Source: Candidatus Uhrbacteria bacterium RIFOXYB12_FULL_58_10 (lineage in GTDB: Bacteria > Patescibacteriota > Patescibacteriia > UBA9934 > GWF2-40-263). Taken from it: 42,708 nt of DNA. Location: the NCBI GenBank assembly GCA_943354165.1, contig CALRBH010000006.1:1-42708 (forward strand). Direction: 5' to 3'. The notes under the pieces were generated by a model, which worked only from the letters and a program-made list of their open reading frames with translations, did no database searches and was not told the DNA's origin. The position numbers and the translations under genes were made by a program. Below, one piece after another: positions 1 to 7,662 of this stretch. Each line of letters opens with the position of its first letter. The first letter of the stretch is position 1.

Positions 1-188
1 TTGGTCCCTGAAAATTCATGCGTCTCCCCGACAGACTTCGCGAGCTCCACGCTCGCACGATGTTCGTAAGGACCGAAGGCGAATATCGTTCCCGAAAGAT
101 CCGGAGCAATCAGCGTTCCGATACCGTTCCAGAGAATAAACCCAGCGCAGACGAGCGCAAAAATATTAGAACGCGCGAGCCGCTTCAC
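1..188 (-). CDS. Hypothetical protein, N-terminal part (runs off the window start); likely signal/TM segment
   Basis: Absent from the ORF track because it has no stop in the window. Manual reverse-strand translation from GTG 188..186 (1 nt after the leuS stop) stays open to position 1: VKRLARSNIFALVCAGFILWNGIGTLIAPDLSGTIFAFGPYEHRASVELAKSVGETHEFSGT. The N-terminus is hydrophobic. Confidence 0.4.
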   Translation of the reverse strand, partial: MKRLARSNIFALVCAGFILWNGIGTLIAPDLSGTIFAFGPYEHRASVELAKSVGETHEFSGT

Positions 189-189
189 A

Positions 190-2598
190 TCAAACCACGA
201 TGAAATTGATCACGCGTCCCGCCACGTACACCACCTTTTTCACCTCTTTCCCCTCCAAATGCTTCGCAACATTCTCCGTAGCCTCGGCACGAGCCCGGGC
301 TTCATCGGCTCCAAGTTCCGGAGAAATGTCGATGGTCGCGCGTAGTTTGCCGTTTACCTGAACCGCGACGGCTACAATCGAATCCTTGAGCAAGGATTCA
401 TCAGCCACAGGCCACCCATGATCAAACACACTCTTCGCCCCGCTCACTTCCGACCAAAGTTCTTCGGCAAGATGCGGCGCGTACGGAGCCATCGTGCGCA
501 CGAACGTCATATACGCCTCGCGCGGAATCGCTTCAGCCGCGGCGAACACATTCGCACACTTCATCATCTCAGCGATCGCCGTATTGAACTTCATCGCATC
601 CGTATCGTCACCAACGCGCTTCACACATTTGGCAACAGCCTTATCGATCGCTGGATCGACGGAGTCGGCGAGCCGTTCACGCGCCATCCAAACCTTATCC
701 AGGAAGCGACGCACACCGACCACGCCCTTAGTGTCCCAAGGCTTGGCATCTTCGAGTGGCCCCATGAACATTTCGTAAAGGCGAAGCGTGTCGGCTCCGT
801 ATTCGGAAACGATTTCGTCCGGGTTCACGACGTTGCCTTTCGACTTCGACATCTTCTCCCCGTCGGGTCCAAGAATTAATCCCTGGTTCCGCAACGCGAC
901 AAACGGTTCATCGAATTCAAGATAACCAAGATCCTTAAGCGCATAGCAGACGAAACGCGAATACAGAAGATGAAGCACAGCATGTTCCGCGCCGCCGACG
1001 TACAGGTCGACCGGACACCAAGCCTTAATCGATGCTTCGTCCGCAAACACTTCCGAGTTTGTCGGATCGGTATAGCGCAGAAAATACCACGAAGAATCAA
1101 CGAACGTATCCATCGTATCGCTCTCGCGGCGTGCGGCATTTCCACACTTTGGACAGTTCACTTCATGGAAGGATTTCGAACCTACGAGCGGTGACTGGCC
1201 TGTCGGTTTGAAGTCGACATCATCTGGAAGAATCACTGGCAGGTTTTTCGGATCGACTGGTTGCACGCCACAATCCTCACACCAGATCGCAGGGATCGGC
1301 GCACCCCAATAACGCTGGCGAGAGACGAGCCAGTCCCGGATGCGGTAGAACGTGACGCGGCGACCCTTCTCTTCCCCTTCGAGGGCGTCGGCAACTTTCT
1401 GTTTTGCGTCCGTACTCGTAAGGCCGTCGAACTGGCCGGAGTTCACTAGGATTCCCATGTCCGTGTAGGCAGCATCGGCAACACGATCATCCTGATCGGG
1501 CGATGCGATGACCCACTTGATCGGCAGGTCATACTTCTTTGCAAACGCATAGTCGCGCTCATCGTGCGCAGGCACACCCATGACAGCACCGGTCCCGTAC
1601 GTCGTAAGCACATAATCGCTCACCCAAATCGGAACGAGTTCGCCCGTAAGCGGATGATGCGCATAAGCACCCGTAAAAATCCCGGCCTTATCCTTCTCAA
1701 GCTGCGTGCGCTCAAGCTCGCTCTTCTTACGCGCCTGGTCGCGATAATTCACAAGGTCCATCTGATGCTCTTCCGTGACGAGTTCGTCGAGCAGCGGATG
1801 CTCCGGCGCAAGGACGATGTACGAAACGCCCATGAGCGTATCCGGCCGCGTCGTGAAAACACGAATCACTTCTTCCTTCTTGTCATCAATAATATCGAAG
1901 TCGATTTCGACCCCTTCGCTCTTCCCGATCCAGTTCCGCTGCATCGCCTTTATGCGCTCTGGCCAATCGAGCTTATCGAGCCCAGCAAGAAGTCGATCGG
2001 CATATTTCGTGATACGGAAAAACCACTGCTCGAGCTCCTTCTGAACCACGAGCGTCCCGCATCGCTCACACTTTCCGTCGACGACCTGCTCGTTCGCGAG
2101 TACGGTGTTATCGGTCGGGCACCAGTTCACCGGAGCCTTAGCGCGATACGCAAGATCGTTTTTCCAGAGCAACAGGAACAGCCACTGTGTCCATTTGTAA
2201 TACTCCGGCTCGCACGTAGAAATCTCACGATCCCAATCGTACGAGAATCCAAAGCTCTTTATCTGACGTCGGAAGTTATCGATGTTCTTGCGAGTAATAT
2301 CGCGCGGATGCCCACCCATCTTGATGGCGTAGTTCTCGGCCGGCAAACCAAATGCGTCCCAGCCCATCGGGTGCAGCACGTTGAACCCCTCCATCCGACG
2401 CTTTCGCGCCGTAATATCGGTAGCCGTGTACCCCTCAGGGTGCCCAACATGGAGCCCCGCCCCAGACGGGTACGGAAACATGTCGAGAATATAGAGATTC
2501 CCCTTTTTGCTCTTTTTCGAAGCATCGGCACTGAAGGCGGAATCCGCTTCCCACTGTGCCTGCCATTTCTTCTCAATCTCCTGGTGGTTGTAAGGCAT
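190..2598 (-). CDS. leuS: Leucyl-tRNA synthetase
   Basis: 802 aa ORF with the class I HIGH-type motif (HVGHPEGY) and KMSKS (GEKMSKSKGN). Length and architecture match bacterial LeuRS. Confidence 0.97.
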   Translation of the reverse strand: MPYNHQEIEKKWQAQWEADSAFSADASKKSKKGNLYILDMFPYPSGAGLHVGHPEGYTATDITARKRRMEGFNVLHPMGWDAFGLPAENYAIKMGGHPRDITRKNIDNFRRQIKSFGFSYDWDREISTCEPEYYKWTQWLFLLLWKNDLAYRAKAPVNWCPTDNTVLANEQVVDGKCERCGTLVVQKELEQWFFRITKYADRLLAGLDKLDWPERIKAMQRNWIGKSEGVEIDFDIIDDKKEEVIRVFTTRPDTLMGVSYIVLAPEHPLLDELVTEEHQMDLVNYRDQARKKSELERTQLEKDKAGIFTGAYAHHPLTGELVPIWVSDYVLTTYGTGAVMGVPAHDERDYAFAKKYDLPIKWVIASPDQDDRVADAAYTDMGILVNSGQFDGLTSTDAKQKVADALEGEEKGRRVTFYRIRDWLVSRQRYWGAPIPAIWCEDCGVQPVDPKNLPVILPDDVDFKPTGQSPLVGSKSFHEVNCPKCGNAARRESDTMDTFVDSSWYFLRYTDPTNSEVFADEASIKAWCPVDLYVGGAEHAVLHLLYSRFVCYALKDLGYLEFDEPFVALRNQGLILGPDGEKMSKSKGNVVNPDEIVSEYGADTLRLYEMFMGPLEDAKPWDTKGVVGVRRFLDKVWMARERLADSVDPAIDKAVAKCVKRVGDDTDAMKFNTAIAEMMKCANVFAAAEAIPREAYMTFVRTMAPYAPHLAEELWSEVSGAKSVFDHGWPVADESLLKDSIVAVAVQVNGKLRATIDISPELGADEARARAEATENVAKHLEGKEVKKVVYVAGRVINFIVV

Positions 2599-2608
2599 AC
2601 TGGCTTGG

Positions 2609-2637
2609 ATGCTAACACCTGGGGCTTATGGAAGCAA
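2609..2637 (-). promoter_or_regulatory. Candidate sigma70-type promoter of leuS (TTGCTT-N17-TAGCAT), near-leaderless
   Basis: On the minus strand, TTGCTT is at 2637..2632, the spacer is 17 nt and TAGCAT is at 2614..2609. The -10 box ends 10 nt before the leuS ATG at 2598. No Shine-Dalgarno sequence lies between them. Confidence 0.35.
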
Positions 2638-2669
2638 AACAAAAACCCCGGAGACCAGGGTCTTCGGGG
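2635..2669 (-). terminator. Intrinsic terminator downstream of the Fis-type HTH gene
   Basis: The minus strand reads CCCCGAAGACCCTGGTCTCCGGGG (GC stem) followed by TTTTTGTTTTG. Confidence 0.55.
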
Positions 2670-2681
2670 CAGCTAAGCCGT

Positions 2682-3095
2682 TTACCTCATGCCGTACTCC
2701 TTCATTTTGATCATCAGACTCTTTCGGGAGATCTTGAGCATGCGTGCCGCGTGAATGACATTGCAGTTGGTGTGTTTGAGCGCTCGTTGAATGAGATCCT
2801 TTTCGAGTTCCCGCGTGGCATGTCCAACAATGTCCTTCATTGTTTCTTGATGTTCTGTTGTCACATACGCATCAGCGGGAGATTTTGTGGGATCCGGATT
2901 GTTTGTGAATTTAGGAGTGACCGTCACAGTAACGACAGTGCCATCCCCATCAATATCGACGGACACACCGAATGAATTACCTCTCGAGAGATTCTCATCA
3001 ATCTCGTTCATGAGGAACTCAGTCATTTTTTGTCGACTGCCAATCCACTTCCGAGTGAAACCAACAAATTCGAAAGAACTTTTCTTGAGCTCCAC
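2682..3095 (-). CDS. Small DNA-binding protein with a C-terminal Fis-type (HTH_8) helix-turn-helix and an unknown N-terminal domain
   Basis: The C-terminus ELEKDLIQRALKHTNCNVIHAARMLKISRKSLMIKMKEYGM matches the Fis/NtrC-type HTH pattern. I place the start at GTG 3095 because AAGGAGG lies 5 nt upstream. The track ORF extends to 3197. Confidence 0.6.
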   Translation of the reverse strand: MELKKSSFEFVGFTRKWIGSRQKMTEFLMNEIDENLSRGNSFGVSVDIDGDGTVVTVTVTPKFTNNPDPTKSPADAYVTTEHQETMKDIVGHATRELEKDLIQRALKHTNCNVIHAARMLKISRKSLMIKMKEYGMR

Positions 3096-3216
3096 GGTAA
3101 CCTCCTTTATTGATAGAAAACCGTGACGAAGAAACATACCTAAAAATCGACAGATTGTCAGTCCCTGCTTGGTCAGATGAAACAAAAAACCGCCCATATC
3201 GGACGGTTTCCCACTC

Positions 3217-4143
3217 TTATTCCTTATGCGCGAGGTACTTCTCCGCCTCCAGCGCCGCCATGCACCCAGTCCCAGACGCCGTTATCGCCTGGCGATACTT
3301 ATAGTCAGCCACATCGCCTCCTGCATAAACGCCCGGCACGCTCGTCGACGCCGTACCAGGCGTGACGATCACGTATCCCTTGGCATCCAAATCGATCTGG
3401 CCCTTGAGCATCTCCGTATTCGGCTTGTGGCCGATGGCGAGAAAGAGGCCGTTGGCGTCCATCGTCGAAACTTCGCCTGTCTTAAGATTCCGTGCTTTGA
3501 CGCCAGTCATCTTCGTACCGTCACCAAGCACTTCCTCAACGGCCGTGTTCCAGACGAACGAAATCTTCGGGTTCGCTTTCGCGCGTTCCTGCATGATGAC
3601 GGACGCGCGCAACGCTTCGGAGCGAACGAGTACTTTTACCTGTGTCGCGAACTTGGTGAGGAACAACGCCTCTTCCATGGCAGAGTCTCCCCCACCAATA
3701 ACGAGGATCGATTTCTCGCGGAAGAAAAACCCGTCGCACGTGGCACAAGACGATACCCCGCGACCCTTGTACTTATCCTCGCCAGGAACTCCAAGCCAGA
3801 GAGCAGAAGCACCGGTCGCAATGATTACTGCATTCGCTGTGTATTCGTTCGTCGTTGTCTTCACAAAAAACGGACTCACAGAAAAATCCACCTTGATGAC
3901 GGAATCCGTCACAAAGCGCGTACCGAATCGCTCGGCCTGCTTGCGGATCATCTGCATCATGTCAGGACCCAAAATCCCATCCGGATACCCCGGCCAATTT
4001 TCGACATCCGTTGTCAGCATGAGCTGACCGCCCGGCTGCGGGCCTTCGATAAGCAGCGGCTTCAGCATCGCGCGCGACGCATAAATCCCGGCCGTGTATC
4101 CGGCCGGTCCGCCACCGATGATGATCAAATTTTCATGTTGCAT
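3217..4143 (-). CDS. trxB: Thioredoxin-disulfide reductase
   Basis: Contains GGGPAGY (FAD), CATCDG (redox-active CxxC) and GGGDSAMEEA (NADPH). The start is trimmed to ATG 4143 (MQHENLIIIGGGPAG). The track ORF's extra 32 codons read through the repeat array. Confidence 0.95.
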   Translation of the reverse strand: MQHENLIIIGGGPAGYTAGIYASRAMLKPLLIEGPQPGGQLMLTTDVENWPGYPDGILGPDMMQMIRKQAERFGTRFVTDSVIKVDFSVSPFFVKTTTNEYTANAVIIATGASALWLGVPGEDKYKGRGVSSCATCDGFFFREKSILVIGGGDSAMEEALFLTKFATQVKVLVRSEALRASVIMQERAKANPKISFVWNTAVEEVLGDGTKMTGVKARNLKTGEVSTMDANGLFLAIGHKPNTEMLKGQIDLDAKGYVIVTPGTASTSVPGVYAGGDVADYKYRQAITASGTGCMAALEAEKYLAHKE

Positions 4144-4152
4144 GAGAGCTGT

Positions 4153-4237
4153 GGGTTGTAAGGGTTGTGAGGGTAGTGAGGGTTGTAAGGGGCTTCTTTC
4201 CCTTACCACCCTTATCGCCCTTACCACCCTTACCGCC
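4153..4237. repeat. Inverted nonamer array, GGGNNGTAA/TTACNNCCC family, copy 1
   Basis: The G-rich arm at 4153-4192 is GGGTTGTAA GGGTTGTGA GGGTAGTGA GGGTTGTAA GGGG. The loop is CTTCTTT. The C-rich arm at 4200-4237 is CCCTTACCA CCCTTATCG CCCTTACCA CCCTTACCG CC. The arms are imperfectly complementary, with GGG/CCC in register. Confidence 0.9.
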
Positions 4238-4238
4238 A

Positions 4239-4556
4239 TTAAACGTGTTTTTCAACACGTGCTTTCAAAGCGTCCTTGGACATCGATCCGGAAAACTGGT
4301 CTACAACCTGCCCACCCTTAAAGACGATGAACGTCGGGATGGAAAGAATGTTGTACCGGCTGGCGATGGCGATGTTGTCGTCCACGTTGAGCTTCCCAAC
4401 TACAAGGGAACCGAGTTCCTTTGCGAGCTCTTCCACAACTGGACTCATCACCTTGCATGGTCCGCACCATGGAGCCCAAAAATCTACCAATACAGGTTTT
4501 TCGGACTGAAGAACGGAAGTGTCAAAGTTCTCTGCCGTCAGGACAAGCTCGGACAT
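4239..4556 (-). CDS. trxA: Thioredoxin
   Basis: WCGPC active site and a 105 aa product from ATG 4556 (MSELVLTAENF...). The upstream part of the track ORF (..LTTLTTLTTLTT..) is repeat read-through. Confidence 0.95.
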   Translation of the reverse strand: MSELVLTAENFDTSVLQSEKPVLVDFWAPWCGPCKVMSPVVEELAKELGSLVVGKLNVDDNIAIASRYNILSIPTFIVFKGGQVVDQFSGSMSKDALKARVEKHV

Positions 4557-4563
4557 ATGTGAA

Positions 4564-4651
4564 GGGGTTGTAAGGGTGGTAAGGGTTGTAAGGGTGGTAA
4601 GGGGGTTTATTCCCTCACCGTCCATTACCGCCCTTACAACCCTTACCGCCC
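4564..4651. repeat. Inverted nonamer array, GGGNNGTAA/TTACNNCCC family, copy 2
   Basis: The G-rich arm at 4564-4605 is GGGGTTGTAA GGGTGGTAA GGGTTGTAA GGGTGGTAA GGGGG. The loop is TTTAT. The C-rich arm at 4611-4651 is TCCCTCACCGTCCATTACCGCCCTTACAACCCTTACCGCCC. Confidence 0.9.
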
Positions 4652-4656
4652 TAAAA

Positions 4657-6684
4657 TTAACGTTTCGAAATTCCTTCCAACACAAGCAACTGGGCCTTGT
4701 TTTCCTCTGAGTAGGCTTCGAGTATATCACCGATTTCGGCCTTTACACGACTCTTGTAGCGCATCCCGCACTCCTGGCCGCCCTTCGCCTCGCGGAGCTC
4801 GGATTTGCCGAGCTGGAGCCCGATGATTTCGCCTTCGCCAATATACACCTCTCCGCGCTTGATGCGGAGCTTGGCCTTGGGGAGAAGTTTTCCGCCCATG
4901 ACGCGTCCGCCCACGATCCAACCCTCGTCCGTCTTCTTGAAGTTGGCGAGCACTTCCAGCTTGCCGAGTTCTGTAATGATAATTTCGGACGGGAGAAGCT
5001 TCTGGAGTTCCTTAATCGCGTCTTCGAACAAACGGTAGATGACCTGATAGGTGCGGACATCGAGTTCCTTATCGCGAATGAAGCCCTGAGCGGTGGAAAC
5101 GATCTGAACATTGAAGCCCATCACCATGGCCTTGGACGCATCGGCGTTCTGCACGTCCGTGTCCGTGATGTTGCCGAGTCCCTTTGCGATCACCTTCACG
5201 CCAACCGACTCATGCTTGATGGTGTCGAGCATGCCGAGGATCGCTTCGAGCGAACCGAGCACGTCCGCGCGCACGATGATGTTGAGCATCTTTTTCCCGG
5301 CCGCATCGTCCGAAATATTTTGGACATGCTTGATGGAGGCGACGTCTTCCGACGCCTTATTGTTGTCCGCTTTTACCTTGATAAGCCCAGCAACGCTCGC
5401 AGGAACCTCCATGACATCTCCGACCGATGGAGCCGCCTTCCAACCCAAAATCTCTACCGGAGTAGATGGAGGAGCCTCCTTCAGTTCCCCACCCTTCCAA
5501 TCCTTCATGGCACGGACGCGACCGAAGTGCATTCCGCGCACACCAAGCACATCGCCAACACGCAAGGTGCCGGACTGTACGAGGAGCGTGGCGATAGGGC
5601 CCGAGCCTGGATCAACATGGGATTCAATGACCGTTCCGATCGCGCGGCGCGAAGGGTTCGCAACAATGCGCTCTGCCTCAAGTTCATTTACGAAAAGCAA
5701 CTGGTCGAGCAGTTTATCAAGTCCAATATTCGACTTGGCAGAAAGTGGAACCATGATGGTCTTCCCTCCCCAATCGTCTGGAATCAAATTCAATTCCGCG
5801 AGCTGGGACTTTACCTTCTCAATGTTCGCGTCGGCCTTATCGATCTTGTTGATGGCAACCACGAACGGCAGATGCGCGGACTGAATAATGTTGATAGCTT
5901 CCTTGGTCTGTGGCTGAACACCGTCATCCGCCGCAACCACAAGCACCGCGATGTCAGCCACCTTGGCTCCACGCGAACGCATGACCGTAAACGCTTCATG
6001 TCCTGGAGTATCGATAAAGGTCAGCGCCTTATCCTTATGATGGGCCTGGTACGCGCCAATGTGCTGCGTGATGCCGCCGGATTCCGATGCGGCCACGTTT
6101 GCCGAGCGGATCTTGTCGAGAAGCGTGGTTTTTCCGTGGTCCACGTGACCCATGATCACGATAACTGGCGCACGCGGCGTATTTGCCTCTGGGCCGACTT
6201 CTGCGAGCGCGGCCTTAAGCGTATCGACACCCTCGACGTCCGTTTCCCCGCCGACTTTTGCTTCCATGGGCACCGCCTTAAACCCAAGATCTTCCGCGAT
6301 GATGGAAGCGGTATCAAAGTCGATGCGTTCATTAATGGCGGCAAGAATCCCGCTGCGCATGAGTTCCTGCATCACCTTAGGGACGGGAAGGTTCAGGAGG
6401 GTGGCGAAATCACGCACCGTAATGACGGGCGGAACGGAAACCGGATGCGTCTCCGCAATGGCGCGACGCTGCTCGCGCGCTTCCGTGGCGGTCTTCTGGG
6501 CTTCCATCTTCTGGTTCACGCGCTCACGGCGCTTAAGCTCCCCCCAGGCTTCCATGATCTGGCTGGCCACGCGGTTGTCTACCTGAATAGCCTTGCGCCC
6601 AACCGCAAAACCGAGATCCGGAAGTTTCTCTCGGAGCTCATCTGGCGGAACGCGTAGACGACGGGCAAGTTCTGTAATGTTCAT
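4657..6684 (-). CDS. infB: Translation initiation factor IF-2
   Basis: 675 aa with an IF2 N-terminal segment, G-domain motifs [20 protein letters not shown] and NKID, and a C-terminal IF2 fold region. Confidence 0.96.
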   Translation of the reverse strand: MNITELARRLRVPPDELREKLPDLGFAVGRKAIQVDNRVASQIMEAWGELKRRERVNQKMEAQKTATEAREQRRAIAETHPVSVPPVITVRDFATLLNLPVPKVMQELMRSGILAAINERIDFDTASIIAEDLGFKAVPMEAKVGGETDVEGVDTLKAALAEVGPEANTPRAPVIVIMGHVDHGKTTLLDKIRSANVAASESGGITQHIGAYQAHHKDKALTFIDTPGHEAFTVMRSRGAKVADIAVLVVAADDGVQPQTKEAINIIQSAHLPFVVAINKIDKADANIEKVKSQLAELNLIPDDWGGKTIMVPLSAKSNIGLDKLLDQLLFVNELEAERIVANPSRRAIGTVIESHVDPGSGPIATLLVQSGTLRVGDVLGVRGMHFGRVRAMKDWKGGELKEAPPSTPVEILGWKAAPSVGDVMEVPASVAGLIKVKADNNKASEDVASIKHVQNISDDAAGKKMLNIIVRADVLGSLEAILGMLDTIKHESVGVKVIAKGLGNITDTDVQNADASKAMVMGFNVQIVSTAQGFIRDKELDVRTYQVIYRLFEDAIKELQKLLPSEIIITELGKLEVLANFKKTDEGWIVGGRVMGGKLLPKAKLRIKRGEVYIGEGEIIGLQLGKSELREAKGGQECGMRYKSRVKAEIGDILEAYSEENKAQLLVLEGISKR

Positions 6685-6704
6685 GGGGAGGTGTTAATGC
6701 GGCA

Positions 6705-6733
6705 AGGGTAATGGAAATGGGCTTTGTAGTCAA
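6705..6733 (-). promoter_or_regulatory. Candidate promoter of infB (TTGACT-N17-TACCCT)
   Basis: On the minus strand, TTGACT is at 6733..6728, the spacer is 17 nt and TACCCT is at 6710..6705, about 20 nt upstream of the infB ATG. It lies immediately downstream of the long palindrome. Confidence 0.4.
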
Positions 6734-6734
6734 T

Positions 6735-6842
6735 GAAACGACAAACGACAAAGAAATGCAGGAAACGACAAATGGTTAAAATTTTACCCGTTTGTCGTTT
6801 CCTGCATTTCTTTGTCGTTTGTCGTTTGTTTTTTGTCGTTTC
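6735..6842. repeat. Long palindromic element, AAACGACAA/TTTGTCGTT family, copy 1 (perfect 37-bp stem)
   Basis: 6736-6772 (AAACGACAAACGACAAAGAAATGCAGGAAACGACAAA) is the exact reverse complement of 6791-6827. The 18-nt loop is TGGTTAAAATTTTACCCG. Extra TTTGTCGTT units run to 6842. Confidence 0.93.
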
Positions 6843-6846
6843 TCCC

Positions 6847-7611
6847 CTAGCGCTGAACGGAGATCGGGATGGAAAGCTCTGGATCGCAGGCGCTCACAAG
6901 GATCCGCCCGCCCGCCGTCTTATTGATCACATAATCCGTGTTTGCCGCGGTTCCCGTATTTGGATCGATGGGAATAGCAGAGAGATAGGTTGGAACAAGA
7001 GCGGACGTAAGATCCGTACAGGCGGCCAGTTCAGTTCCCGCAAGGGTGCAAGTAGAATCACAACCGGACCCAGCCGTTCCAAGCACCTGTGAAGTCCCCA
7101 CGACAGAATCGAGCGCTGGATACATGAGGGCGCTTTGCGCTTTTTTCTTAATCTCATAATCCTTAGCGTACCGCACGGCGAGGCTTTCCAGATTCTCCGA
7201 AAGCGTCCCGGACTCCTCCCCCGCCCGTACCATGCTGATGAAGTATGGATTGAACGTCTTTGGGAAAGACGCAAGCGCATCCGCAAGCCGACTGCCTCCG
7301 AGCACCTCTTCCCGCACACGAAGAAGCAGCGGCTTCAGGCGTCCGGCGGCCTGCTCCGAAAGAATTTCAATGGCTTCATCAATCCCAACTCCAGCCTTAA
7401 GGAGCACCGCGAGATTTTTTGTGAACACCACCTTCTGCAAATTGGAAACGCCGCCGACGTAATAAATCTTCGCGACATGAACCGCATCGATGGACACGAC
7501 CGTAAGTCCGCGCTCCTTCAGGTCCTTCACGGCGTTCGCACGCGTTTTCGCCTCAAGCGTTCCCTTGAGTTTTTTACCGGCTTTGGATGTGGCGACGTAC
7601 GTAAACGTCAT
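6847..7611 (-). CDS. pilC: Chimeric ORF: PilC/GspF-type platform protein N-terminal cytoplasmic domain (about aa 1-165) fused to a pilin-like C-terminal segment; possibly a pseudogene
   Basis: aa 1-165 align to the PilC N-terminus and first T2SSF cytoplasmic helices (FTKNLAVLLKAGVGIDEAIEIL...MVRAGEESGTLSENLESLA...ALMYPA). No TM segment follows. The tail instead reads ...CTDLTSALVPTYLSAIPIDPNTGTAANTDYVINKTAGGRILVSACDPELSIPISVQR. Only 267 nt remain before the stop. Confidence 0.55.
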   Translation of the reverse strand: MTFTYVATSKAGKKLKGTLEAKTRANAVKDLKERGLTVVSIDAVHVAKIYYVGGVSNLQKVVFTKNLAVLLKAGVGIDEAIEILSEQAAGRLKPLLLRVREEVLGGSRLADALASFPKTFNPYFISMVRAGEESGTLSENLESLAVRYAKDYEIKKKAQSALMYPALDSVVGTSQVLGTAGSGCDSTCTLAGTELAACTDLTSALVPTYLSAIPIDPNTGTAANTDYVINKTAGGRILVSACDPELSIPISVQR

Positions 7612-7662
7612 ATCCCCCTAAATAGTTTTGCGCCTGCCCTCCGAAGCCTTAGCGTAGGAGGG

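Noticed and set aside
18-203. A 61-aa plus-strand ORF at the window start
   Set aside because: It is Arg-rich with no start context. It overlaps the leuS stop and is antisense to a more protein-like open frame that continues off the window (feature 1-188).
4153-4651. Possibility that the repeat arrays are CRISPR loci
   Set aside because: The period is 7-9 nt with no unique spacers. The arrays are under 100 nt and are arranged as inverted arms. There are no cas genes in the window.
4144-4730. N-terminal extensions of the trxB and trxA track ORFs, and the small ORFs 4094-4321, 4167-4562 and 4519-4710, which encode RVVRVVR, LTTLTTLTT and PLPPLPPL
   Set aside because: These peptides are just the nonamer arrays read in three frames. 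Canonical starts (MQHENLIIIGGG, MSELVLTAENF) lie immediately downstream of the arrays.
1564-6657. Long plus-strand ORFs at 1564-2676, 3226-4161 and 5212-6657 (and smaller ones)
   Set aside because: They are antisense shadows of leuS, trxB and infB respectively. The same reasoning applies to 12656-13591 (opposite rny), 20394-21230 and 21474-22070 (opposite gyrA), 27976-28677, 35440-36009, 36616-37167 (opposite VanW) and 40686-41510 (opposite smc).
6927-7319. A 130-aa minus-strand ORF considered as a frameshifted continuation of pilC
   Set aside because: Its product is Arg-rich with no hydrophobic helices. It cannot supply the missing PilC TM segments, so a simple frameshift does not explain the truncation.
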